Positions 35,838-49,200 of a DNA stretch of 64,000 bases are shown one piece after another. How positions within the stretch are numbered: position 1 is the stretch's first letter; each line of letters opens with the position of its first letter. Source of the DNA: Yuukianura sp. NJ FZ-2021 (lineage: Eukaryota); the NCBI GenBank assembly GCA_046563655.1, contig CM102286.1:14818001-14882000 (forward strand), written 5' to 3'. The translations under genes were made by a program, and so were the position numbers. Under the pieces are notes generated by a model. The model worked only from the letters and a program-made list of their open reading frames with translations, searched no databases and was not told the origin of the DNA.

Positions 35838-36284
35838 ATGATCAAAATGGTAACTCAAAATTAGATTTAGTTTTAAAAAAAAAAAGGCGGGAGTTGTATT
35901 TGAAACTACTCGCTGGCGACAATTTTTGTTATCTGGGAATTTCTGTTTTAGACTTCGGCATTCCTCGTACTCCTTTTCGCTACTGTTGCGATTAGCGAAC
36001 AACAATATGCTGCCCCGCCAGCTCCGTCTTATGGGGCCCCACCAGCACCAGCACCAGCTCCGTCTTATGGTGCCCCACCAGCACCAGCACCAGCTCCGTC
36101 TTATGGGGCCCCACCAGCTCCAGCTCCAGCACCTTCTTATGGTGCCCCACCAGCACCAGCACCAGCTCCGTCTTATGGTGCCCCACCAGCACCAGCATAC
36201 GGCGCCCCTGCTGCCCCTGCAACCCAAGCACCAAGCGGATACGGATCCTACGTTGCACCAACATTCAGTAGTGGCCCATACTAA
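35838..36284 (+). CDS. Secreted Pro/Ala-rich structural protein with 11-aa APAPAPSYGAP-type repeats (cuticle, resilin or eggshell-like); exons 35838-35849, 35952-36284
   Basis: Micro-exon MIKM plus signal TSAFLVLLFATVAIS, then ~5 copies of a 33-bp repeat encoding PSYGAP. Confidence 0.8.
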
Positions 36285-36519
36285 ACTACTTTTAACTTTC
36301 AAAAACTTTGCTTTTAACACGACTCTAGCTCTACTTTATTCCAGATTTTTACTACTAACTTACAAAAGTTTCTTCAAAACCACGAATAAAATGACATTTA
36401 AAAACTTACTACCGTAGTATGTTCGCACGATTTTGTTAGGACTGACAAACCAATTAAATTTGTTATAAAAATTAAAGTTAATCATGCTACATCTCACACC
36501 ATCTCATCATTATCATCAT

Positions 36520-36597
36520 TTCTAGCACTGTGGGTTAGAGTTATCTTCCTGGATTGAAGAGGTTTGGGTTCGAATCCCACCCGGTTACTTATTTTTT
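36520..36597 (+). mobile_element. tRNA-derived SINE-like repeat
   Basis: GGGTTAGAG..TCTTCCTGGATTGAAGA..GGGTTCGAATCCCACCCGGTT followed by a T-run. Confidence 0.65.
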
Positions 36598-37267
36598 CTA
36601 CACTCTCATCCTTTGTGTCTCAACCCATTTGTTAGCCCTGAACATCACAGTACCCCGCATACTTGTTAAATTGAGTATCTACAGTTTATGTTTATAAGAT
36701 GGGGTTCACTACCTATTGATTATAATAGTGGGGCCCACGCTAAATGTGGGTGAATGGCATATTTCAGTCTCTCCTAGAAAAACAGCGTATCCCTCTGGTT
36801 TCCCGATTTAACATCCCTGATTTCACAGTGGCTCCCTTGGCAGTTAAATTGAATAGATACAACCAACATTTAGTCAATTAACGCCAATTAATTACTGCAT
36901 TCTTTCTACGTCTGTGCTACTTGGGGTTTAGTGGGTGGGCTGGGCCGGAGGAAGATGAGTTTATGAGGCCCCGAGTTAAGTGCTTTGCAGAGACTCCCTT
37001 CCCACTCCATCTCTGATCCCTCTCCCCCGCCCCTCTCTCTCTCTCACCGAAAACAAGAGTTCTCCCACCTCTTCATCTCTTACAAATCTTCCAAATCTCT
37101 CTGGAATGTGACCTTGGACAGGGCGAGGTCTACAGTCTCTCAAACGCAATCTGTGAACATCAGAGTGACCTCTTGGGATATCAATATTCAAAATCTAAAC
37201 GTCCCGGGTCACGTCACATCATCCAGAACTTAATCGCCACTAATCATTGATCATCATCCACTGCGAC

Positions 37268-40200
37268 ATGAATTTCTACTCTACGAGTGCCAAAATACAT
37301 CGGGAGAAGAAGTCACAAATTACTCCAGGTATGCATTTAAATTTAATCAATCGTGACATAATTTGGTCTACCAAAGTTAAGAAGGGGGAGGAGTCCTGGA
37401 GGACAGCCATTAAATTCTTTGTCTATTTTCTTAATACAGAGGTGTACAGTGCCCTGGATGTGCTGACGAAAGTCAAAAATCAGCTGATGGTGGGAAGTGC
37501 TCAGCCGAACTCCCATATTGACGATAGAGTTCTGTCCCAAGTGAACCATGATCTCAATACTCTCCTTTCCGTCTTGGTCAATCCAGTCTTCCAGCGAATA
37601 TGCAAAATACAGGTAAGTTAATCCATTGGAACTTCCCAACCTGCGGCAAATGGGATGAAAGCAGAGATCATTTTCTGGCAGAGTGTGAAGGCCATGTACA
37701 CACAAAGTTGATTCTGTTCGAGAAACCCTTCCTAGACAAGAAAAAACATAAATCGATTAAATCATCAAAAGTTGCTCTTGTAATGGTTTTCTGTTTGGTT
37801 GCAGGACTCCGTTGCCACTTTGGAAGAACAACTTAGTCGCCATCCATCTTGTACAACGAACGATTTTGATATCACGTCAGAAGGGAAGTTAGTGCTCAAA
37901 ATTTCACCGGATGAGAAAAGAGAGCCATTTGACAAAACTCCGTTGCCACAAATTCCGAAAGTAAGTCACCATGTCACCATCACCATCTTAGTTTATGGTT
38001 AGTGTAGCCTTCAACTTATTCGTTAGAACTGTCTTATTTGAAATTTACAGTTACAAGCGGAGAGTCCGCTTGGAACGAATGGCACTCCGCCGCCAATTAC
38101 CACTCCAGTGTATGCTCGTGAATTTGAAAAAGTTATTCAGAATTCGTCGTTGGGTCGTGAGATTCATACTATCAAGGTAAGATTAAAAATCATCACTTAA
38201 TTTTAATAATGTTAATCCTAAACTATGATTTTTTAGTTATTTAAACCAGAGGGCAGCTCGCTCGGATTCAGCGTCGTTGGACTTAAAAGTCAAGACAAAG
38301 GGGAGCTCGGAATTTTCGTCCAGGAAATCCAACCGTACGGAATCGCTGCAAGGTAAGCTTTTTTTAACATTTTGAGGGACTTAGTATATCACTTATGGCA
38401 TTCCAGAAATGGATGCGTAATGGAACGACGTTCCAGAAATGGATTTGTGGAATGAGGTCCCTGGAGAGTTGTGCACCGCTGCAAAGCGATCCACTTAATC
38501 TCAATGTAATCATGGGAAAGTAGAGTGATTTACATTTTGATGTACTTTTTTATTTTCAATCTAAGTTTCCATTTTCATTATGCAAAGTATACCAATTCAT
38601 CTGTGTTTAGCACAAAGTGTACCAATTCATCTGTGTTCAAACCATTTTTCTCCAGGGACAAATTGAGGTTGAAAATGGATTTTTGTGTTAAGTTGTTTCC
38701 GTTTTTTCGAAGGTAGAAAACATCAACTTCCAAAAAGTCAGTTTTCACTTTCGAAATGCGTGATCTGCATCGAAATTGGATTTTTAAACCACACGGGACT
38801 AAACTTTTGTTTTCCGATTTTCAACTTCACGGATTTGAAAACTTTTTTTTTCTCGGTAGTCAAAATCAATTTGAGTTTTCACTTTAGGAGAAAACTGGCT
38901 TAGGATTTTTAAATAACGTCCAAGCGGACTTTATTTTTCAAAAAAGTGAAAGTTTTCAAAATTACTCAACTTTTGAAATCAATTATCGATTTTCCTTCAT
39001 CTTGTGCGTTGCTAAGAAACAAGAATGATTTTTTGAAATCCCCAATCGGATTATAGGTTTGAACGTAGGGACTGGAGAGGAAAACGTAAACTTTCCCCAG
39101 GGACTTTCTCTTGACTAAATTCGAGATCCTTAGAACAGGGTTCTCAGAATTGGCGTGCAGAATTGAAAATGGAAGAGATGAACAATGTACATGAAGAGAG
39201 AAAGCTTTTAAAATGTTACAAGAGTCACTTAAGGGAGCCCTTGAGAGAGTCACTCTTTGAGACAGACTTTAAGGGCCATTCAAACATGAGAACAGAGCCA
39301 GAGGTATGCATATAAATTCCAACTGGGCTAAACGCTGTTCGCTAATGATCATGGCCACTGGAGCAGCAGTGGGCAAGTATATTTTCAGCGATCCGGCAAT
39401 CAGCGACAGCCGCAACGCTCATTATCACGTCATTCTCAAACTCAAAATTTTAGTTTTAAGGTAGCTAAAACCATCGTGCTGCTAATTTCCATAATTAGGA
39501 AGCGGGGAAACGAGGAAATCAAATAATAGGAATGGGGAAGTTGGGGAAAATTGTTATTTCGAAATGGGAAGTTTTAAATTCCAAGTCCCCAACTTGGGGA
39601 AATTCAGCATCATAAATTGGAAGTTGGGGAAATTTGACATTTGAAGTTGGGAAGTCGGGGAAATTATTTTCCCGACAATTATTTTGGACGGGGAAATGTG
39701 AGTTTTTAGCACTCGGGAAAATGTTTGGGCGAAGGGAAAATTAGCGAGTTAAAGTTGGCGGTTTTGAACTGCTGACGTCATTGAAGCCTAGGTTTGTCCA
39801 TGCATGTTATTTTATAGCTCCAGGAGTCGCCTTAAGCCCAATTCCAATTAAACTCAGAATTGCTTTCTTTTTCAAAGTTTCATGTTGAATTTGGAAGTGT
39901 AGAAGTGGAGTGGTTGGAAAGAGAAAGCGTCCATTTGAAATTGTTATTATTAAGCGTAAGCACCGAGGCCAAGGAACTTTCTCTCATCATTTTCTCCTTA
40001 TTTAGCAAGTCCAGCTTTATCCGAGGCCCTTAGAACAGCATGAGACCTAAATCCCCTTGTTTCCGTCTTGGCCAAACGCCGTTTTTATGGGCCTTAAGAC
40101 CATGTGTGAGTTACCGTAAAACTTCTAATAAGCGTCCGGGCGTTTATTGAAAACTTTTACCTTGCATTCCTTTAAGGGAGGCATTATATTTATTATAGAC

Positions 40201-43200
40201 CGGCGTCTATTAGAAGTTTTACGGTAACAGAGAACAGGAAAAATAAAGTTGTGGAAGGCGGTGGAGAAAGTGGACGTTTCTATGCATGGAGGTTTGGAAG
40301 GGAAAGGGAGTTGGTGCCTGGATGCGTGTAGGCAGAAAATCAGCGATTGCGCTGAAATGTACTTGGTATATCGCTTATACCAAAGCGCTGCCAACCACCA
40401 CCAGCGTTGGCCAGAAATCAATGACATGACAACTTTTACTGGTTTACGCTGCTTCGCTCCAAAAAAGTTCCAGCGATGCAGTGCAAGTTCTCCAGCGCTG
40501 GCTGGAACATTTTCAGTCCAAGTTGAGGATTCGAATGGTCGACGACGAAGACGACGACGGTCGTGGTGTGTTGCCGACCGAGTGCCTCTCACAACACACC
40601 TTGGACGAAAAAATATCGGATTCCGACTGTTGCTTTTTTAAGTTTCACGCTTCATTTGGCCAATTTCATGGAGTTTAAACACAAAATTTAAGGTTTTGAT
40701 GTTAAATTTTGGTGGTTTGGACGTTGATGTATTAGCAATGTCAAGTTTTTGAAAGTTGTAACAAAGTAGACTGTTGAGTGATGATGCCTTGAAGTGGACC
40801 TAAATTTTGAAAGTGAATTATACTCACGTTTTAGTGTTTGTTAACTGTGTTAAGTGGTACCCGGAGGACCAAGTTTTGTAGTAAAAAGTAATCGATTAAC
40901 GGCACAAACACGTAACACAAACATATTACTTAAAACGCAAGGAGAAATATGAATATTGACTACGGTGCAGGACAACTCAACGAGTTGAGACATAATCAGG
41001 TTAGGGTTTTAATTAAAACAAAGTTATCTTCGGCTAACCCAAATTTTTTAGCTTAATTTCGGCTAAACAAAATTTCTGACATTATTTTTCGCTAACCGAA
41101 ATTTTTGAGATTATGTTCCACTAACGAAAATTTCGAAATTAAGTTTGCCTAACCGGAATTTCTGTAGTTATGCTGATCTAATTGTAATTTTTGGGCTTAA
41201 GTTTGGCTAACCGAATTTTTTGGGATTAAGTTCGGCTAGCGGAATTAATTGGGGTTATTCTCATCTAATGGTAATTTTTGGGCTTAAGTTTGGCTAACCG
41301 AAATTTTTGAGCTTAAGTTAGGCTAACTTTCTGCTTTCTGTGTCTTCTGTGTGTGAGACACTCATTTTGACATACGTTTGATGTAGGTTATGTTGGGGAA
41401 GGTTAGGCAATTCATTTTTATGTTATGTTGAAGATTATTATTGTTGTCTATTGTGTTGTTTGGAGGGAGTAACTAAGGACGAAAGTTGTGCTGTTTCTCT
41501 CCTGCTGAGTTTTTGGCAACAGGAGGAAATAAAGTGAAAGTTCTGTATTAGGAAAATGGCAGTGAAGAAAAGTGTGCAAGATTTATTTCCTCCTTTTTCA
41601 TTTTAAAAAAAAAGTTTACATTTTATGAAAATTTTGAAAGCTCTCTCTTCCTTTCTCTTTTTTTTCCTTCGGGGGTTTGGAAAAGTTAAAAATTTTTCTC
41701 TTTTTTTTTCTTCTTTTTTTTTTTTTGGATTTGAATGGACCCATTTTCCTGTTCCTGTTTTAGCTTTTGCTTTGTTCGTAGAATATGTCAGCTACAACAT
41801 AACTTTTGTTAGCATACAAAAAAGAAAGCATATTTACCTCATCTAACTTTTAGCAACAAACTTTCTCTTTCGCTTTTTTTGGAAATTGAAGCATCTTGGG
41901 AAAAGACCAAAACTTTTAAATTTATGAGGACGCTGAAGTAAAAAGTAGCTATGGACTTTAAAAAGGAAAGTTTTTGAGTAGCTAATTTTCAAAAAAAGGA
42001 AGGTGATTAGTAAATTAAAATTTGCAAAAGATTTGTGTTTACTTTTTTGAAAAACGAACTTTTTTGGGCTACTTTCCAAAACTTTTTTTTTCTCTCTGGG
42101 AATCCGACAGTTGTCTTTTCTCATTTGGTTCTTGTGTGCTGTAAATTGGAGTAGAACGGAGGGAGTAACTAAAAACAAAAGTTGTATTGAAATTCTGTTT
42201 GAACGAAAGTTACATTTACAGCACTCCTGCTAGCTTTTGTTTATTTTGGCTTGAGGCTCGTGATGAAGTCAGTTTTTGGACGATCAAAAAACACGCGCTG
42301 TTGGCGCGTATTTCAATTTGAACTTGCAAAAAAGGCAGAAAGATTTGAAAGTCATGAGAAAATTTGCTACGCTTCGGCCAAAACTAATGGCTCGATTGAA
42401 CCAACATCAAAGATTGAAAGTTTTGAGTTATTTTGAGCCTTGTTGATCCGAGTTCTTAAGTTTTCCAAAGTTGTGCAAAGTTTTTAACACGCAAAGAGGA
42501 TTTTGGAGTAAAAGGTGGATATTTAACTGAAATATATTTTATTTTATTTTTATTATATTTTATTTATTTATGTATTCATTTATATTTTTTTTTATACAGA
42601 GATGGACGACTATGCGAATCAGACCAAATCCTTGCAATCAACGACTTTGCCTTAGATTCTGCCATCACCCATCAACAGGCCATTGGAATTTTGCAGAAGG
42701 CAAAAGGAGAAGTTGAGATTGTCGTGGCCAGGGCACTTGAGCCCCTCCTCCCACCCGAATCTGGTCAGTTTTTTTTTTTTACAAAAATTTCAAAATTTTG
42801 AAAAATTTAGGAAAACTTATAAGGAGCTTTTGACCTTAAGCCACAAGAATTTGAAAATGAATTTTGCAAAGCGGATTTTCCTCCAAAATGAAGTTTTTGA
42901 AAAGGGGTTTAGTTTTAGCTTTCGCGGTTTCACTTTTGACTCTTGCGGTTTCAATTTCAAAACAAAACAAAGAACGCCTGGAGGCAAACTTGAAAAGTTT
43001 CCACGCGATTCCAGTCTCAAGTGACCCCAAACTGATGCTGGATGCTGGATACTGAATGCTGGATGCTGTTTATGTAACTTGTTGATTTAAGTTGTGCTGT
43101 GTGTTTAGGTAAGGGACTTGGCTCATCGTCACCTCAGCGCCCGTCTACACCATCCGAAGACTCAACTTCCAAGTCACAGGAAATGGTACTCAACACGGAG

Positions 43201-46200
43201 TACTCGCAGGTATTTTACTCAAATACTGGCAGCATTATGCTGAAACAGCATTTTTATGCTGAAACTGATTCCAGTGCTGTTTTTAGGTTGAAGCGATTCA
43301 CCTTGTGAATGATGGAACTGGACTTGGATTTGGAATTATTGGGGGGCGGAGTACCGGCGTTGTCGTGAAGACGATTCTGCCTGGAGGAGTGGCCGATCGT
43401 CAAGGGAGACTCAAAAGTGGAGATCACATTCTACAAATTTCAGGTACATCTTGAGACTAAGATGCTGGATGCTGGAATACTTGTAAGCATCCATCTCTCT
43501 CTTGGATGCTGGAATACTTGCGAGCAGCGTCTTTCCCTTGTGGGTTTTGTAATCTGATTAGAGATAAACTCAAAGTGAATTTCCTGGCACACGCTTTTCA
43601 CTTTCGTTTTTTGTGAATGTAGATGTAAAATTTATAGTGAATGTAGATGCAAAATTTATAGTGAATGTAGATGCAAAACTTTTTTGAAAGTAGATGTAAA
43701 TTTTTTTGAATTAGATGTTAATTTTTTTGGATTTTGTAGATGTGAATTTATGGGGAATGGGATCTGATCAAGTGGCGGCTGTGCTGAGACAATGTGGAAG
43801 TTCCGTTCGCCTGGTGGTCGCTCGACCTTGGTAAGAAAATTAAAAAAAATAAACTTTTTCGAAAATTTTTTTTAGAATTTTTTTTTGAAAAGAGTGACTG
43901 ATAATTTGATTTTTTTTTGGTTGGTAATTTGATTTTGTTGCTTTAGTGAGCCGAACTCTCCAGATTCAATTAGTGGTTCAGCTCTTATTGTTCCGACGAA
44001 GATTCTGGGTGACCCTGAAGAGCTGGAGCGGCATTTGATGCAGGCCAATGGCTATGGCATGGGAACTTCATTTTCAGATGGACGCTACGATGCTATGCTT
44101 CCGGAAGTTGAGATTGTGGATGTAGAATTGGCCAAGGATGCTCATGGACTCGGCATCACTATTGCTGGATACGTTTGTGAGAAAGGTACAGCTCAGGTTT
44201 TGAAGTTTCAATTTCAAAGGTTGATTGGTTTTTGTTGATTTTGCAGAAGAGCTTTCTGGTATTTTTGTGAAATGTATCAGCGAAGGATCTGCGGCTGACG
44301 TTTCTGGTAAAATTTTTATGAATGATCGAATCATTGAAGTGAATGGACGCAGTTTGGAAGGATTCACCAATCACGAAGCAGTAGAAGTTCTACGTCAAAC
44401 GGGAGATGTTGTTCATCTCAAACTAGAAAGATTCAACTATGGCCAGAAATATGAACAGGTCAGAACTTAACATTGAAAAACTTAACTAACTAAACTCAAA
44501 ACTTATCGGGAGGTTCTGGACTCATTACCTTGAAAGACAAAGAAAGACAGTGAGGAAAAAAATACAACCGAGTGGGACTCGAACCCACGTCTTTTCAATC
44601 CTGGAAGAGCTCTAACCATTGAGCTGTCATGCTCTTTGCAAAAAATAGAATTGGAAGGCTACCATAACATTTTTTTTTAAATTTCGTTTCAGCTACAATC
44701 GGCGATTAGCCATTCCGAGCAGAAGCCTCCAACACCTTCGTCAGTCTCCGCTCTTTCTCTTCCGCAGCCTATGGATTCTGTAATTTTTTAGAAATTTTGA
44801 AAATGTTGTGAATTTTTTGAAAAAGTATTTTTTTTTTAAATTTTAGGATGTAGAAGAAGAGGAGGAGATGATTGGACCATGTGAGGAGTTTGACGAGGAA
44901 GATGAAGAGCTTGTAGTAGAAACTGAAGAGAATCCAGAACTGGATTTAGAAGACTTGGAAATTTTGATTGATACGCGCTATGAAGGGGAAATGCTGCCAA
45001 CAGTAGAAGCAGCAATTATGGCAAAGTGGAGTAGAATCATGGGACCCGACTGTGAGTTGACACATTTTCAAAAAGTGGCTTTTCAAAAAAGTGTTTGAAA
45101 AAGTGTTTGAACAACTTTGTGACTTTGTTAGGTGATATCGTGGTAGCTCAAATTTCAAAGGGAAAGGACGGGGGAGGACTCGGAATTAGTTTGGAGGGGA
45201 CAGTAGACGTAGAAGATGGGTAAACACAGCTTTTTGAGAAAAAATGTTTTCAGTTTTTGAAAAGTGTTTTGAATTTCTGTTTTTGAAAAGTGTTTTGAAT
45301 TTCCGTTTTTGAAAATGTGGTTTGTTTGAACTAGACGGGAAGTGAGACCACATCATTACATCAGATCAGTGCTTCCAGGTAAGATCAAATGAAAAATAGA
45401 TTTGTTCAAAGCTTAGCTCAGGCTTAAGTGAATCTTCAAAGGAAATTGTGTCAAAACCACAACAAAGAGTGGAGATGAAAGGCAAACTAAGTAGAATTTG
45501 TTGAAATTTTCAAATTTTGTAGAAATTTCGAAAAGTTGAAATTTTGGAATTTTCAAATTTTGTTGGAATTAGATGGACCAGTGGGGCGGAGCCAAAAACT
45601 AACGAGTGGAGATGAGCTGCTGGAAGTAAGTTTGGAATGCAGTGGAATGTTCAATCTCTCCGAAAAATCGTGCAAAGTGACATCCCTTAATTTTGAAATT
45701 TTCATTTGGATTTGAAATAAGCCAGTTTTTTTTGGCACTTGTTGGAATGCAAAGAAGAACTCAACTTTGACTTTAATGTTTGAGTTTTTACTTTCACTTT
45801 GATGTTTGAGTTTTTTTCTGATTATTTTTTGAAATTTTTGTTTTCAGGTGAATGGAAGGCGTTTGCTGGGGTTGAACCATGTAGAAGTTGTGCATATTTT
45901 AAAAGATCTTCCACTCCATGTTCGGATTGTTTGTGCTCGGCGACCGGGCCACGCCCTTCCCTGTCCCATCGACACTTCACAGGACAAAAATGCCTTTGCT
46001 GCTAGGGTAAGTCAAGTTGAGTGAGAGATTGAGCTGTATGGGGTTTAAATGACTTGAGAGACAAAGAACAACTGTGGGAAAAAATGGAACAGAGTGGGCC
46101 TCGAACCCACGTCTCTTCAATCCAGGAAAAGCTCTAACCATTGGGCTATCAGGCTCTTTGCACAAAATGGAATCAGACGGCTACCTAACACTGCCCTGTC

Positions 46201-49200
46201 CTCCAGTACCGTTCTAGACAGAAAGAGTGCTGGATGACTCTGTTCTTTGATCTGGAAAACCACGGCGACATGCTGGAATGTCAATATTTGATGTTCTAAT
46301 GGAAACATTTTAGAGTAATTGCCTCCGCTTCTCATTTTTTTTGCAGAATCTACTCGGTGGATCCATGCAGGATCTCCTGCTGTCTCAGGTCTCTGAGAGG
46401 CTCATCAAAGCTTCACTGAGGTAACCCTAAAAATAAAATTTTGAAACTTTTGTGAGTAATTGTTTACACAAGTTTGAATTTTTAGTAAATCTGATGGGTC
46501 CCTTGCTTCTACGGACAAGACGGAAGTTTCATTATCAAAAGTGAAGTCACGCTCACTGGAACCCTTGACAGGCCTTGCAATGTGGAGTTCAGATCCGCAT
46601 GTGATTGAATTATTCAAGGGAGACCGTGGCCTGGGATTCTCCATTCTGGACTACCAGGATCCGCTCAATGCTGCTGACACAGTCATTGTCATACGGAGTC
46701 TCGTACCTGGTGGAGTTGCACAACAAGACGGCAGGTAAAAAAATACAGAACCGAGTTGGATTCGAACCAATGTCTCTTCAATCCGGGAAGAGCTCTAACC
46801 CCTGAGCTATCAGGCTCTTATGCTAAAATCTCCTACAGATTGAAGTAATTAGGAGAGTATCTATTTCAGCTCACATCTTCTATTCAAAATCTTAGTTTGA
46901 AGCGTTGTATACAGTGTTGTTCATAAGGAACATAGTGTACAGCGTTGTTCATAATGAATTAGAAAAGTAATTGAAGTGAAAGCAATTACTTTTATGACTG
47001 TCTCTTTGTGGCAACAGGATCATTCCAGGAGATCGACTTTTGGCTGTGAATGAAACTAATTTGGAAAATGCGTCTCTTGACTACGCTGTAAGTTTTAAAC
47101 ACGAATGAAAATGGAGTGAGTGGTTTAGAGAGCATGGCACTAAAAAGACAGTTTTTTGGTCCGTAGGTTCAAACGCTGAAAGCGGCACCCAAAGGAATCG
47201 TAAGAATCGTCGTCGCGAAACCTCTACCACTCGAAGGAGCCACCGCAACGCCAACGACAGATGAAGAAGATGAGGTTAGATTCAGACAATTTTTAAAATT
47301 TTAGAAACAATGATGGAAATTTTGAGAATTGAATGCAAAAGTTGAGATTTTGTTTTTTTAAAAGTTGCTTTTGGTTTGTTAGTTTTTGGAAGCTGCTCCA
47401 CCACCACTTCCGATAACTCGACCGCCCGAATATGAAGATTTAGAAGACATGCAGAGTTCTGCACAGAGAGATCAAGTAAAAATTATTCATATTTTTGATC
47501 CTCCTTCCTCTTCTATGGACTGCTAAAATTTTCCAAAATTTTGCTAAAATTTGGAACTCCCTAAAACTTGTTGATATTTTGATTCCGTCTTGATTTTCTG
47601 TCCAATTTTTTGATTTTCTTTGACTTTTTTATGATTTCGCTTTTCCACAGCGAGTAGTTTAGTTTTCCAATTTTCCAGGAGGAGAAAACTGTTTTTTGAA
47701 AACAATCATTCTAGAGAAATAAAATGGATTTTATTTCCTTCGTTTTTTTCAAAACTTCTTTTTTTTTGCATGAAATCACTTGCATCAACTTTTTTCAGTG
47801 CACAAAAACACGGTGAAGGATTTCCACTTTTTGGAAACTTTTTTTTTCAAATTTTTTTTTCTTGCCTCGCTGCTGCCGTTCTCTTCCATTTCCTCACACA
47901 CTTGCATGGTGATATCCAGCTCTTCTGGAGACGCTTGATTTGAATTCTACGCTCAAAAGGAACGTGACCTTTGCATTTTCACGTTGACCTTTGACCTCGA
48001 CAACTTTTTCAGGTCAAAGTTCCAGTAGTTCCAGTAGCCACGGAGAGACTCATAACACAAAGTGGTTTGGCTGGTGTGAGAGGAACGACGCAGTTTCACG
48101 CAGCCAAACAACCGCCGCCGCCAGTTCAAATCGGGTGAGTCCTCTAATTTTTTTTTCGAGGTGTTGAAATCTTTTTCTTGAAAAAACGAAAACGGCACTT
48201 AAGTTCCAAAATGATGTTATGGTTTTATGGGAAGATATAAATAAAGATGAATGAGGGTGATACTGGATGCTGGAATGCTGGCAGCAGCACTTCTAATTCA
48301 ATTTCCAGTTGGATCGATTTTCTAAGCATCTTGTCTTCTTTTTCAATTTTTTTTTGGCTCCAGGAGCTCTAAAAGCACAAATCCCATTAAGGGCCCTTAC
48401 AAAAACTTTTATCATTTCATTGGCTTCATCTTTTTTTTGTTAGGTTTTAGACGTTAGGTTATAGACGTTAGGTTTTAGACGTTGGGTTTTAGACGTTAGG
48501 TTTTAGACGTTAGAGAAAAAGTCTAGTCACGTTTGAATAATTTTTCTTTGTTACAGTCGAGAGCTGGAGGGATCGAACGCTGGAGGCGTAACGGTACTGG
48601 AAGAACTGCCGTTGAGGTTAGTTAAAAAGACGTTGCTAGATTTCAAAATTACGAAACTTTTTTAGGAACAAAAATTTCAAAAAGTTTGAATTTTTTGAAT
48701 GACAGTAGAAGACCGCCGCTCGACGGAGAAGAAGCGACGACAGACCAAGGTCGACCGGCAGCAAAACAGTTTCGGACAGACGCAACTGAGATTATTAATG
48801 GAGGACCGGTTGTGGTTCCGGCTGTGAGAAGTTTCGGTAAACAAACCGATACTGGAACCGGTACTCCGAGTAATCACGAAACGATGAACGGCAAATCCCT
48901 ACAACAGCCACCTCCTCCCTCTCCAATTGAAATCCAAAAGAGAGTTGTAACGCACATCACAATTTTTCCGTCTCCGCCTTCATCTGCCAAGGAAGTGTTA
49001 CCAGTGCCATTACCACCACCGCCTCCATCTGACGTTCCAGTTCTGGCCCCACCAGCCCCACCGGAAGTATCACCCACCACTCCGATCAAAGAGGTGGAGC
49101 CACCGAAGTTGCCCCTCCCCCCACCGCCCCTAGAATCAAGTTCTTCGGTGGAACTATCAAGTGAGGAGCATAAGTTACCGAAGATGGTGGTGACAAGTGG

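Noticed and set aside
35772..36417. Long ORFs with WCWCWW or HQHQ repeats in the ORF track
   Set aside because: They are shadow frames of the 33-bp repeat. The signal-peptide-bearing PSYGAP frame with a canonical micro-exon is the credible one.
40125..40678. ORFs in the large Patj intron, one with a faint L27-like look ([18 protein letters not shown])
   Set aside because: There is an in-frame stop just upstream, no convincing acceptor/donor pair or start, and the resemblance is too short to support.
44556..46830. Functional tRNA genes
   Set aside because: Acceptor stems are imperfect and the copies are mutually diverged. The GGA-type anticodon lacks the long Ser variable arm, and flanks are shared beyond the tRNA part. 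A repeat explains them better.
48440..48512. Interstitial arthropod telomere (TTAGG)n
   Set aside because: TTAGG is only part of a 14-bp unit, not a pure array.
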